From a virus (Duplodnaviria > Caudoviricetes): a DNA stretch of 61,290 nucleotides. The notes beneath the pieces were generated by a model. It was not told the origin of the DNA, made no database searches, and was given only the letters and a program-made list of their open reading frames with translations. This document shows, one piece after another, positions 1 through 10,500 of this stretch (positions within the stretch are counted from its first letter, which is position 1; every line of letters begins with the position of its first letter). The stretch lies in IMG/VR virus record IMGVR_UViG_3300036668_000250, positions 1 through 61,290 of that record; one strand, given 5' to 3'. The position numbers and the translations under genes were made by a program.

Positions 1-1
1 A

Positions 2-127
2 CCCTTCGCTGACGCTGCTGCGTTAGAAACTTACCTGACTGACATTGGCGGGGGATCGTGGACAGACATCGACGGTGTGGCGGTTGACCTAGCGGCAATG
101 GCCGCGTGGATGTTCGCTCAGTCATAA
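2..127 (+). CDS. 3' end of a hypothetical protein truncated by the window edge (..PFADAAALETYLTDIGGGSWTDIDGVAVDLAAMAAWMFAQS*)
   Basis: Frame open from nt 2 to TAA 125-127; lies in the GC-richer first ~300 nt. Confidence 0.5.
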   Translation, partial: PFADAAALETYLTDIGGGSWTDIDGVAVDLAAMAAWMFAQS

Positions 128-240
128 CTCGGCTAACCGTCCCACTGGTTCAAGTTGATATGTTCAATTGGCTTGGAGTTCACTGCATCAACTTTGGGTT
201 AGGAACGGTTTGTGTGGCCCCTATGGGATAAGATTCGGCT

Positions 241-717
241 ATGGGGATGAAGGTCGCTGTCTATACGATTGCTAAGGATGAGGCGGCTCATGTTGAGCGG
301 TGGGCACAATTGTTTATTGCATCAATGGAAGACGAGACCGCTCCATATGCCCCAGTCATTGGATTATTTGATAGGCAGATTAAAGATGACAAACCAATGA
401 CAATAGTCGGTAACGGAGAGCAAAGAAGGTCTTTTGCGCACATAGACGATGTAATAGAGGCAAATATATCCGCAATGAACGCAGATATTGATGCAGAGTT
501 TTTAGGAACAGTGTTCAATATAGGCTATGAAAAAAACTATTCAATAAATGAAATAGCAGGATTATTTGACGGGAAAAAGATAAGCATCCCGCCCCGACCA
601 GGAGAGTCTAAAGAAACTTTTCCAGATATATCTAAAGCAAAGGGTATTTTGGGGTGGCATCCCAAGCATTCACTAGAAGAGTATATAAAATCATCTAACA
701 TATCAGTAGAATGGTGA
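241..717 (+). pseudogene. Chimeric ORF: first ~22 aa of a GT2-like glycosyltransferase joined to the C-terminal half of an NAD-dependent epimerase/dehydratase
   Basis: MKVAVYTIAKDEAAHVERWA resembles phage GT2 N-termini; YAPVIGLF..TIVGNGEQRRSFAHIDDVIEAN..VFNIG..LGWHPK is the extended-SDR C-terminus; no GxxGxxG or YxxxK motif. Confidence 0.6.
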
Positions 718-761
718 TGATATAATAAAGGAAGGCATTTTTTTTCAAGGAGGAGAGTCCA

Positions 762-1121
762 ATTAGTTTTCCAGCGACTTACGCAATAAATTATTACCAG
801 GGAGATACTTACGATTTTATTATTAGACCAAAAACTTCCTTGGGGGACATCTTCCCTGTTTCTGCCGCCATCTATGATGCATATTTAAGAATAGACGACC
901 AAAGAGGCGGGGCAAACGGAACGGCAATATCTCAAATAAATGTTCCCATATCTGACAACGCTCTTCTCTGTACGATACCTCCTTCGGAAGGAAATAAACT
1001 CGCAGCGGGAACAACGTACTATTATGATGTATCTATAGAAAACAAAGAAGACCCAAACATTATTTACACACTTCTAACTGGGACAATTCAGGTAACTGCT
1101 GACATTGCGTCGGGAGCATAA
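762..1121 (+). CDS. Virion/baseplate protein (BppU N-terminal-like, YYQGDT motif); probable ATT start
   Basis: Frame open from in-frame TAA 726-728; AAGGAGGAG 747-755 precedes ATT 762; reads SFPATYAINYYQGDTYDFIIRPK..YYYDVSI..YTLLTGTIQVTADI. Confidence 0.65.
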   Translation: MSFPATYAINYYQGDTYDFIIRPKTSLGDIFPVSAAIYDAYLRIDDQRGGANGTAISQINVPISDNALLCTIPPSEGNKLAAGTTYYYDVSIENKEDPNIIYTLLTGTIQVTADIASGA

Positions 1122-1718
1122 ATGACCGAAGTTGGTGTATTGCTCAGCACAGATGACCTGCTTGTCTTGGGGCCACCCAATAACATTGATCTTGCCGTTT
1201 CAATAGGTCAGCAAGGGGTGAGGGGGGCAAAGTTTTTTGCAGGCCCAGGAAACCCTAATGATTCTAGTATTTCTCAAGACTTGTTCGGATCAACAGTAGT
1301 TCCCGTAGAAGGCGATATCTTTATTAACTACTCGTCTGGATCACAATATGGATGGTTGTATATATATAATCCAAAAGGAACAGCGATAGATGATTGGGAT
1401 GAGGTTGTAAGATTACAGCCACCAACATATGCAAAAAGAGTGGAGTCGATCTTCTCTGCTGGATCAGCAACAGTGTCTATTCCAGTTTCTAGCATCCTCC
1501 CCGCTGGAGTTTCTGAGTCCAATACAGAAAACTATATAGTCAATGTTTCTGCAAATAGTTCATCTCCAATATCCATGTCTGTTTCTTCTAAGTCTTTGGT
1601 GTCAGGAGCACTTCAAATTGTTTTTTCGGGGGCAAAGTGTGACACAGGAACCTATCTCTGGTCAGCATTAAATGAAACGGTAGACATAGATATTAACATC
1701 TATGTTTCTCAGGAGTAG
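1122..1718 (+). CDS. Putative minor tail/virion protein
   Basis: 198 aa; GQQGVRGAKFFAGPGNP and GDIFIN..GWLYIY segments typical of phage fibre-associated proteins. Confidence 0.55.
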   Translation: MTEVGVLLSTDDLLVLGPPNNIDLAVSIGQQGVRGAKFFAGPGNPNDSSISQDLFGSTVVPVEGDIFINYSSGSQYGWLYIYNPKGTAIDDWDEVVRLQPPTYAKRVESIFSAGSATVSIPVSSILPAGVSESNTENYIVNVSANSSSPISMSVSSKSLVSGALQIVFSGAKCDTGTYLWSALNETVDIDINIYVSQE

Positions 1719-1720
1719 TT

Positions 1721-2623
1721 GTGTCTCCGTATCAAATAGGTTCGTCATATCCAACCTTATCAGCCGAACTTGACGATGATGCGTCTATAGAAGATTCCTT
1801 TTTTTTATATCATTACGGGGTAGATGATTGGGACGAGCAAAACCCAAGCACTATTCCACTAAATAGTATTGAGGGTAGGCTTGTTAGTTTTGATCAAAGG
1901 TTAAGTTCAATAGAGTCCGAAATTTCTTCGTCTGGCTCCCTTTCTTCCTCTTTATATTTAATAAAATTGCCTCAACAAGGAGACAATAGCATTATTCCAA
2001 CGCAAGGAACAGTTCTTCCACTTTCCGTATCTGCTACATCTGCAAACTTTCAAGAATGGCAAAACAGTGGTCTTTCTCCAAGAGCAATAATTTTTGCCAA
2101 CTCTAATGGACCGATGTCTATTTCAGGGTACGCTTCCATTGTGGCTTCGACATCCTCTTCCATTGCACAGAACATAAGAGTCTCTGAATCAACTCACAAG
2201 GGGGTTGTTGTTAAGTCTGCTGAACTTCAAAACTCTAACTTGCAAGAATGGCAAGATTCTCAGGGTTTAATTAAATCCTATGTAGATAGTAATGGAAGTA
2301 TAGGACAATCAAAAACATTAGTTAACATAACGTCTTCGACTACCTTAAACAATTTGTCTTTTAGAAACAAACTGATTCTTGTCAACTCGTCTTCTACTGT
2401 AACTATCACCATTCCAGAAGATTCTTCTTTTAGCAACCCCATAGGAACAAAAATAGAATTTTTAAGATATGGTTCTGGAGAGGTCTTGTTTGATTCGCAA
2501 GGTGCTGCATCAATTTCATCTGAATCAAACAAAAATTCTATAGCGGAAAGATATTCAGCGGCAACCATTATAAAAGTCAACAACAATTTGTGGAACCTTT
2601 ATGGGGGGTTAAAAACATTATGA
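1721..2623 (+). CDS. Tail fibre-like protein, paralogue 1
   Basis: 300 aa; two (A/S)N(F/L)QEWQ repeats; C-terminal TITIP..PIGTKIEF..YSAATIIKV..WNLYGGL domain. Confidence 0.65.
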   Translation: MSPYQIGSSYPTLSAELDDDASIEDSFFLYHYGVDDWDEQNPSTIPLNSIEGRLVSFDQRLSSIESEISSSGSLSSSLYLIKLPQQGDNSIIPTQGTVLPLSVSATSANFQEWQNSGLSPRAIIFANSNGPMSISGYASIVASTSSSIAQNIRVSESTHKGVVVKSAELQNSNLQEWQDSQGLIKSYVDSNGSIGQSKTLVNITSSTTLNNLSFRNKLILVNSSSTVTITIPEDSSFSNPIGTKIEFLRYGSGEVLFDSQGAASISSESNKNSIAERYSAATIIKVNNNLWNLYGGLKTL

Positions 2624-2648
2624 TAGTATTTTTGTTTAAGGAAAAAAT

Positions 2649-3563
2649 ATGCCACAAGAAATAGGTCAGTCTTATAAAAGCGTTATTCCCACTTTTGCGG
2701 ATGGCTCTTCAATTGAAGAAGCATTCTATATGTATCACTATGGAAACGCAAACTGGTCACCTGGACAATCCATTCCATCAAATAGTATTGAGGGAATCTT
2801 TTCTTCATTAGATTTAAGAATAACTGAAAACGAAAACTTCATAGAAAACCTAGGGGACACATATATAACAAGATCTCCTTCATCATCTTCTCGAAACACT
2901 ATTCAGGCTACCTCGTCAACCATTGTACCCCTTACTATAAGAGGGGCAGTTGGGCAAACAGCCAATTTGCAAGAATGGGTAGAAGATACAGGAAGCAGTC
3001 AAATAGTAAGAGCAAGAATATCTGCTAATGGATCGTTCTCTACCCTGGGGTATTTCTCAGTTGGTTCAATTAGCCCATCTCCATCGGTGGCTAACAGTAT
3101 TCAAATATCTTCCCCCGAACATAAAGGGGTGGTTGTCAGGTCCTCCTTATCTCAAACAGCCAACTTGCAAGAATGGCAAGACAGCAATGAGAACATTTTG
3201 TTGTCGGTAGACTCTGGTGGCTCTTTTGTTTACAACATACCTGTTGAAAATGTTGATACTAGCGTTCCAGAAAACGTTGTAATAAATCAATCAAAAGTTG
3301 GAAAAACAATAATTGTAACAAATCTTAGTGAAAGCAGTGTCTTTACTATAACGATACCTAGCAACTCCACTACTCCCATGTCTGTGGGTTCTCAAATAAA
3401 CTATATAAGTAAAGGTGTTCAAGGGATACAATTTTCTCCAGCATCGGGGGTAACTTTAAATTCTGAAAACGGATACAGAAGAGTAGACGGTGAATACTCA
3501 GCAGCAACATTGATTAAAGTAAGCACAAATGAATGGATTTTGCTGGGGGCATTGAGGCAATAA
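2649..3563 (+). CDS. Tail fibre-like protein, paralogue 2
   Basis: 304 aa; colinear with 1721-2623 (SIEEAFYMYHYG, NSIEG, two ANLQEW repeats, YSAATLIKV..WILLGAL). Confidence 0.65.
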   Translation: MPQEIGQSYKSVIPTFADGSSIEEAFYMYHYGNANWSPGQSIPSNSIEGIFSSLDLRITENENFIENLGDTYITRSPSSSSRNTIQATSSTIVPLTIRGAVGQTANLQEWVEDTGSSQIVRARISANGSFSTLGYFSVGSISPSPSVANSIQISSPEHKGVVVRSSLSQTANLQEWQDSNENILLSVDSGGSFVYNIPVENVDTSVPENVVINQSKVGKTIIVTNLSESSVFTITIPSNSTTPMSVGSQINYISKGVQGIQFSPASGVTLNSENGYRRVDGEYSAATLIKVSTNEWILLGALRQ

Positions 3564-4534
3564 TGCTTGGAACATATGAGAGTCAGGACGGATATTTTAT
3601 AACAATTGGTGGAAATTATGAATATTTTCAAGCAAATCATCAATTGAACTACGGATACTGTATTTTTACTTCTTCGGGAAGTTTGTCTGTAATAAGGAAA
3701 AGGCCAATACCAAATTGCTCTATATTAGTCGTTGGTGGGGGCGGCAGCGGTGGTGGCAACAACCAGTCTGCCTCAGGCGGCGGCGGCGGAGCAGGCGGTG
3801 GGGTTTCCTTATTCAACAATATAACCCTACTCCCTAAAACAACATACTCTGTCACGGTGGGTTCTGGAGGCTCTGGGTCAACTTTAAATGGGGGTAAGGG
3901 TGGAAACAGTTCATGGAATAGTCAATATAGCGCAGAGGGTGGAAACGGCGGCGGCGCGGGATACATAACTGGAACTTATGCAGGAGATCAATTTCCGGGA
4001 AGTGCTGGGGTTCGCGTCTCTGGCGGCGGATCAGGTGGATCTGGAGGCTACTACGCACCAGGAAATATATATTACCCAAGCCCTGGAATAAATGGAGGTT
4101 TTGGACAAACTGGAACATTAACCACAGGTATGACATCACCCGCTCAAGGGTCTGTTGATCAGCCAGTTCAAAGAGTTTTGGGGTATTTCGGAACTGGCGG
4201 CGGAGGGGGGGAGTTCTTGAATAGATGGGATGGTGGAATAGGATATTCAGGAGGAACGACCCCATGGTTTGTTGATCCAAGATACTTCCTTGCATATAGT
4301 GGGCCATATTTTGGATCTGGAGTGGGAAAGTTATTGACAACACCAGAGGGAGACTCTTCTTATTCAAACTTTAGTTATTATAATCCGGCGAGTTGGCCAA
4401 GTTTTTTTGGAACAAGTGAAAAAAGAGTGTTTTCTGCGGGAAACGGCGGCGGCGGAGCACGGGGAGTTTATACAGCATCCTTTTCGTCAACAGGTGGACA
4501 AAGTGGTATTGTTATACTAAGATATAGAATATAG
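3563..4534 (+). CDS. Glycine-rich tail fibre/adhesin-like protein
   Basis: ILVVGGGGSGG..GGGGGAGG..YSVTVGSGG..GQSGIVILRY, typical phage glycine-rich domain; start moved to ATG 3563 (TAATG overlap). Confidence 0.7.
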   Translation: MLGTYESQDGYFITIGGNYEYFQANHQLNYGYCIFTSSGSLSVIRKRPIPNCSILVVGGGGSGGGNNQSASGGGGGAGGGVSLFNNITLLPKTTYSVTVGSGGSGSTLNGGKGGNSSWNSQYSAEGGNGGGAGYITGTYAGDQFPGSAGVRVSGGGSGGSGGYYAPGNIYYPSPGINGGFGQTGTLTTGMTSPAQGSVDQPVQRVLGYFGTGGGGGEFLNRWDGGIGYSGGTTPWFVDPRYFLAYSGPYFGSGVGKLLTTPEGDSSYSNFSYYNPASWPSFFGTSEKRVFSAGNGGGGARGVYTASFSSTGGQSGIVILRYRI

Positions 4535-4542
4535 GAGTTAAG

Positions 4543-4842
4543 GTGTCTAATTTTGCAAAAGTAGACGATGGATTTGTTTCACAGATACTTGTGGTTCCAG
4601 AAGAGTATTCCCACAATGGAAGTTTTTATCTTTCAAGTCAACTTGGACTAGGAGGGGAGTGGATAAAGACTCCAAGAGACAACAGCACAGAGGCGACAAT
4701 AGGAGGGTCCTATTCTAAGGAAGAAGACGCCTTTATCCCTCCAAAACCCGAGGGCAACAAGTGGGAGTTAAACGATGAGTATCAATGGTCTTTGCCCGTA
4801 GTTGAAGCCCCCCTTATTTCGCCTGCCCCGCCATCAAGATAA
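4543..4842 (+). CDS. Small fibre-associated protein
   Basis: GTG after AGGAG; SNFAKV..ATIGGSY..DAFIPPKP..W.L pattern often found after glycine-rich fibre genes. Confidence 0.6.
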   Translation: MSNFAKVDDGFVSQILVVPEEYSHNGSFYLSSQLGLGGEWIKTPRDNSTEATIGGSYSKEEDAFIPPKPEGNKWELNDEYQWSLPVVEAPLISPAPPSR

Positions 4843-4848
4843 CGTGAA

Positions 4849-4857
4849 TGGTATAAT
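4849..4857 (+). promoter_or_regulatory. Extended -10 promoter (TGGTATAAT), leaderless start; one example of a motif recurring throughout the window
   Basis: 6 nt upstream of ATG 4864, no Shine-Dalgarno. Confidence 0.65.
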
Positions 4858-4863
4858 TCTATT

Positions 4864-5406
4864 ATGTCTTCCGGGTCTACACCAAACTATTCTTTTCCTT
4901 ATCCAATCTTAACTGATCCTGTAAAGTTTACCGATGATATGGAAGACCTTGCAGTTTCAATCGACTCTAGGCTAATTAATCTTGTTACGGGGACTGGACA
5001 AGTTCCAGCAACAGCAGATCAAGAAAATAAATATTTATACTCAGATGGAACAAATGCATTCTGGAACTCAATTCCATCTTCCTACCTAGAGTCTGTCATT
5101 GTCTCCTCTAACTCATTAGAAACATTAGATTCGTTTAAAGTTGCCGAACATCGAAGCGCTGAGTACACAATACAAGCAGATCAGCCTGACGTTTCTAAAA
5201 AAACCTTGATGAAGGTTCTTGTTATTCACGATGACACTCAAGCCTATATAACATCATTTGGAATTATTGAAATTGGATCTTCAAGAATCCCCCTTGACGC
5301 TTCTGTTTCTATTAGTGGAGAAGACCTTTTGCTTCAGGTGCAGGTGTCGGATGCATCAACAAACAACGTTGAATTTGAAATAATAAGAACAGCATTGTCT
5401 GTGTAA
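4864..5406 (+). CDS. Putative virion protein
   Basis: 180 aa; N-terminal TPNYSFPYP..D..DLAVSID motif; C-terminal LDSF..RSAEYTIQ..VLVIHD beta domain. Confidence 0.55.
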   Translation: MSSGSTPNYSFPYPILTDPVKFTDDMEDLAVSIDSRLINLVTGTGQVPATADQENKYLYSDGTNAFWNSIPSSYLESVIVSSNSLETLDSFKVAEHRSAEYTIQADQPDVSKKTLMKVLVIHDDTQAYITSFGIIEIGSSRIPLDASVSISGEDLLLQVQVSDASTNNVEFEIIRTALSV

Positions 5407-5496
5407 AAACTTAATAATTTTTATTTTTGTTTCAATATAAAAGTTGATATACTAATGAATTACCAATAAAATCAAATAGGGATGGTGTTGTTTTTT

Positions 5497-7446
5497 ATGT
5501 CAATTATTGACAAAAACGGGTCTATTGTAGACCCTTACCGTAATTTTATTCATATTTCAAGATATAGCAGATGGCTAGAAGATAAAGGGCGCAGAGAAAC
5601 TTGGTCAGAAACAGTAGACAGATACATAGAGTTTATGAGGAATCATCTTCACAAAAACTTTAACTACAATAAAGATGACCCTAAGTTTGAAAAAGTCAGA
5701 GAGTATATTCTTAATCATCAAGTTATGCCGTCTATGAGGTCGCTAATGACTGCGGGTCCAGCACTAGATAGAGACCATGTATCCTCATACAATTGTTCCT
5801 TTTTGGCGGTAGACAGTCTAAGATCATTTGACGAAGCAATGTACGTCCTTATGAATGGTACGGGAGTAGGATTTAGCGTAGAGGAAAAGTATATTTCTCA
5901 ATTGCCTATTATTGCTGAAGAGTTCTATCCAACAGATACAACCATTGTTGTTGCAGATTCTAAACTTGGGTGGGCTAAAGCGTACAAAGAACTTATCAGC
6001 CTATTGGTCACAGGACAAATTCCCCAATGGGACATGTCTCAAGTTCGACCAGCAGGAGCAAGGTTAAAAACTTTCGGCGGTAGGGCGTCTGGTCCAGAGC
6101 CATTAAATGACCTGTTTAAGTTTACCGTAGAACAATTTAAAAATGCCTCAGGGCGCAGGCTAAAGCCCATTGAGGCCCATGACATCATGTGCAAGGTGGG
6201 GGAAGTGGTTGTTGTGGGAGGAGTAAGAAGATCCGCTCTTATATCACTATCCAACCTTGACGATTTCGAGATGGCTAAAGCAAAATCAGGTCAATGGTGG
6301 GAGTCAGAGCCGCAAAGAGCCTTGGCCAATAATAGTGCGGTATATAACATGAAGCCAAACACCGCTCAATTTCTCAGAGAATGGAGAAACCTGTATGAAT
6401 CAAAATCAGGTGAGCGTGGCATGTATAACATGGACTCTGTAAGGAAGCATGTTGATAAGTTTGGCAGAAGAGATTCTTCTAAAATTGCAGGAACCAACCC
6501 CTGTGGTGAAATATTGTTGCGATCAAATCAATTTTGCAACCTTACTGAAGTTGTCATTGAAGAAAAAGATGACTTTGACTCTCTTCAAGAAAAAATACAG
6601 ATTGCTACTATCCTGGGAACTTGGCAATCCACTCTAAGCAACTTTAAATACATTAGAAAAACATGGAAAGATAATACAGAGCAAGAAAGGCTATTGGGTG
6701 TATCTCTTACTGGAATTTTTGGCAACAAGTTAACGGGCACAATTCATAAAAATTTGCCTAGTATGCTTGATAGCCTTAGAGAATCTGCTGTGCAAGCAAA
6801 TGCTGTAGAGGCAGACACTCTAGGCATTGAGCATTCCGCCGCTGTCACCACAGTAAAGCCTAGCGGTACAGTTTCTCAGTTGACTGGTGTCTCCTCTGGT
6901 ATCCACCCTTGGTATTCGGAGCATTACATTAGGACTGTTCGTGCAGACAACAAGGACCCACTAACTCAATTTCTTAAAGATTTTGGTGTACCCAATGAAC
7001 CAGACGTTATGAAGCCAGATGCCACAACTGTTTTTTCTTTTCCCGTTAAGGCACCCAAGAACGCGGTGGTAACAAAAGACCTTTCTGCCATCGACCACCT
7101 TGAAATCTGGAAGGTATACAGAGAGCATTGGACAGAGCACAATCCTTCTGTTACGGTAAACATAAAAGAAGATGAGTGGATCGAAGTAGGGGCATGGGTT
7201 TACAAGAACTTTGACTCTATTGGAGGGGTTTCGTTTCTTCCAGCATCTGAGCATAGTTACAAGCAAGCGCCATATCAAGAAATAAACGAAAAAGAATACA
7301 AGGACCTTTTAGGTAAAATGCCTAAAAACATTCCCTGGCAATCCCTTCCACTCTATGAATTAGAAGATACAACTAGTGGATCTCAGGAATTATCTTGCAC
7401 AAGTGCCTTAGGGTGCGAGGTAGTAGATTTAGTCGAAACAGTATAA
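5497..7446 (+). CDS. nrdJ: Class II (adenosylcobalamin-dependent) ribonucleotide reductase
   Basis: PSMRSL, YNCSF, GTGVGF, VVVGGVRRSALI, TNPCGEI, TTVKPSGTVSQL motifs and C-terminal Cys pair; start could be 5482. Confidence 0.92.
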   Translation: MSIIDKNGSIVDPYRNFIHISRYSRWLEDKGRRETWSETVDRYIEFMRNHLHKNFNYNKDDPKFEKVREYILNHQVMPSMRSLMTAGPALDRDHVSSYNCSFLAVDSLRSFDEAMYVLMNGTGVGFSVEEKYISQLPIIAEEFYPTDTTIVVADSKLGWAKAYKELISLLVTGQIPQWDMSQVRPAGARLKTFGGRASGPEPLNDLFKFTVEQFKNASGRRLKPIEAHDIMCKVGEVVVVGGVRRSALISLSNLDDFEMAKAKSGQWWESEPQRALANNSAVYNMKPNTAQFLREWRNLYESKSGERGMYNMDSVRKHVDKFGRRDSSKIAGTNPCGEILLRSNQFCNLTEVVIEEKDDFDSLQEKIQIATILGTWQSTLSNFKYIRKTWKDNTEQERLLGVSLTGIFGNKLTGTIHKNLPSMLDSLRESAVQANAVEADTLGIEHSAAVTTVKPSGTVSQLTGVSSGIHPWYSEHYIRTVRADNKDPLTQFLKDFGVPNEPDVMKPDATTVFSFPVKAPKNAVVTKDLSAIDHLEIWKVYREHWTEHNPSVTVNIKEDEWIEVGAWVYKNFDSIGGVSFLPASEHSYKQAPYQEINEKEYKDLLGKMPKNIPWQSLPLYELEDTTSGSQELSCTSALGCEVVDLVETV

Positions 7447-7458
7447 TAAGGGTTTCGG

Positions 7459-7490
7459 GGACGGGGTGGCAATTAAGCCATCCCGTCCTT
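7459..7490 (+). terminator. Hairpin terminator after nrdJ
   Basis: GGACGGGGTGGC-AATTAA-GCCATCCCGTCC 12-bp stem (one G-U); short T tail. Confidence 0.65.
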
Positions 7491-7498
7491 GCTATAAT
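7490..7498 (+). promoter_or_regulatory. Extended -10 promoter (TGCTATAAT), leaderless start
   Basis: 7 nt upstream of ATG 7506. Confidence 0.6.
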
Positions 7499-7505
7499 AT
7501 AATAT

Positions 7506-10500
7506 ATGTCTGTAACTTCCAATCAGTATGCTACTAAAATATTTTCTCAACACCCTATAGCGTGTTGGCCTCTAGACGAAGATGCTTACTATGTTTCTTT
7601 ATCAAAAATAGACGATCTGGATATATTTTCTTGGAACATTGACAATGGAGTTGTAGAGTCAGACCCAACAACACCAAATCAACAGTCCCCTTTCAAAAAT
7701 CAGTCCGAATATTCTAAAATAGAAGTAGACGACTACTCCCTGATCTCTTCATCGGGATATGTCGTTGAAGCAGAATCTTTGCCATTGTTTCCTTTAAACA
7801 AACTTAATTCAGATTTAAAAAACTTTCATTTAAATGTTTTTATATATCAAGATTGTTTGTTTATTGATTCTTACGACATAGGGGTCAAGTATTGGGACTT
7901 CTCCACCTCCTCAGAAAAGATTGTCTTTAAAAACAAAAACTTTCCTGTTATTAGAGAATGGAAAACTCTTTCTGCAACGATAGATAACCCTGATTACCAA
8001 ACAATATCCATAAGTGCATCAGGCTTAGAGGACAGTAATGTTATAACGGTGTTGGATGCCTCTAATCTCTCCCCTGGAGTTTTTGTTGTAGGAGAAAGCA
8101 TTCCTCAAAACACATATATTGTTTCTATTGTTGGAAATTCTGTTACTATTAGCGACAACGTTTCCGATGATTTTTCTGAAAATCTTGTTTTTGTTCCAGG
8201 GGTGTCTGCTTTTATTAAATTCAACTTAATCGAAGGTGGTGGGAACAATGAAGACTATTCTTTTATATTGCATGGTTTGTCAGTTGGACAATGGTCAGAA
8301 CAGTTTTGCTTTAAGTCCCTGGGAATATTCGATCAACAAGAATCCTTGAAGTTTTTTTTACAAAACGCCACCACCTACGAAGCATTTCAGTACGGAAAGT
8401 CAACAGACAAGGCATACTATGTAATTGAAGACAACGCTCTTATTGCAAAGAATGAAGGCATCCCTATGGTCTTTGGATCAGAGAATGTAACTAGACTATA
8501 TCCTTCTAAATATTCAAACCCATCTTTGGTTTTCCCTGGTGAGGGGATGTTTTCAAATTCAGGTAAAAATAATTCATACACTCTAGAGTTTTGGTTGAGA
8601 ATACGACCAAACAACAAGAAAGAAATAAAAATATTCGGACCACTAAATTCTAAAGACGGTTTGTATGTATCTGAAGGGTTTGTCACTCTTTCTGTTAATG
8701 GAATGGTAAAAAGTTTCAATGTTAACGAATGGTATAGGCCCATGCTGGTTAACATAGTTTATTCTCCAGGTAGTTACGAGATGTTTATTAATGGGGAAAA
8801 CGTTTTGCAGTTAGTTTTTGACTTAGGGTTTTCTTCAATTGAAGAAAATAATTGGCTTGGTTTTTTCGGTAACACAAAAATTGATGTTTTTGAAGTAGAT
8901 TGCATATCTATTTTCCCTTATCAGGTGCCACTTCAGGTTGCAAAGATAAGGTTAATTTGGGGGCAGGGGACTGATTCAGAAGAAAATATTGACAACTCTT
9001 TTAAGGGTAAGCCTTATTCAATATCTTTTCCAAATGCAAAATATGATGTCAACTCAATATATCCAGACAAAGAACGATGGGATGCTGGATATTACAGAAA
9101 CCTAGTCGCAAACACAAAATCCATATCTACCCCTGAGTACTCTTTGCCAGAAATATTTCTAAGTGGTAGAGGTTTAGACTTGTGGTACCTAGACAATAAA
9201 GTTGTCAATGATTTAGAGTACCCAAGCAACGACCATCCTAAATTTATTACGTTTCGGCCAAATTTAAACGAGCAGGGTACGGAGTGGCAAGCAGACGGAC
9301 CCAATTGGATAGAAAAGTGTTACTTCAAGTTTTCCAACTCAACCATTATTTCTTCACCAGTATCTGCATTCTATTCAGTTTTTGAAATAAACGAAAATAT
9401 ATCAGATGACAGGATGTTGGTAAGTTTTGTCAATTCTTTAAATGGCAAAAGATTTGATATTAAAGTTTCCTCATATGAGGTTTCTTATATTTTTAATGGA
9501 CAAGAAATATTCTCCTTTGACGCATCAGGTCAGGACCACATCATAGTCGGAATTCATATACCAACGGTATCTGAAATTTTTGGTTACGAAATTTCAAACT
9601 TCTTCTCTTCTTTTGAAAATTTAAACGTTTACGTTGGTGGTGCTCCTGACACCCCTGATGAAATTATTAAAACTTTCGAAGGTAAGATTTATAAAGTTTC
9701 CTTTATGGAAGAATACGCTTATGAGGAATTGCAAGAGCACTTCAGCAGCCAGGGAATTGTTGACTACACTAAAGACGATTTGTTTATTGATTATTACTCA
9801 ACTTATAGCATGAAGCCTTTTGATAAGTTTAATAGTTTCTTCTTAGACATATCCATTTCATCTTATTGGGAAGAGTATTTTCCCTTAACCTATTTTTGTA
9901 AAAATATTAAAGATATAAACGATGAAGAGTACTACGGATTTGACTTTTTGCAATTTAATGTTGGCTACCCCTCAATACTAGAAAAGAAAACATTTATTGT
10001 AGATGGAGAGGAGTGGGTAAACTACTTGGAATTTCAAGACTACTACAACTACCCTATATCCTATGACTATTCTTTTTTGCAAAATACAATAGTTTCCGGG
10101 TTCACTGATTACCAAAGTTTAATAAACAATGACTATCCCGCTACAAGTTATGCATCATCTGATTCATCCCTAAAGGCTTACGCAACTTTTCAAACAATGT
10201 CTAATAATGTAAAAGAGCCATTAAAGACTTTTGCATATGAAAAATATATTCAAAGCAATCTCCTTGTTGACGCATCTATAGATCAAGAGATAGATCCATT
10301 TCTTCCTTACGGAACTAAATATCAATTAGTTGATGGTGCCATCATATATCCTCCAACATATATAGATATAGAAAATATTGCCATTGTTATTCATTTTGAC
10401 GTTAAACAAGAAATGATATTAAAAAATAAACTGATTGTTCGTAACATGGAGTTTTCCTCTAAAGCATTGAATCATAAACAAACTAATCCGATAGGAACAA

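Noticed and set aside
1721-4534. Diversity-generating retroelement acting on the fibre paralogues
   Set aside because: No reverse transcriptase in the window and no near-identical repeat pair differing only at adenines
5407-5496. NrdR box or cobalamin riboswitch upstream of nrdJ
   Set aside because: The gap is ~90 nt of AT-rich sequence with no convincing palindrome and is too short for the riboswitch
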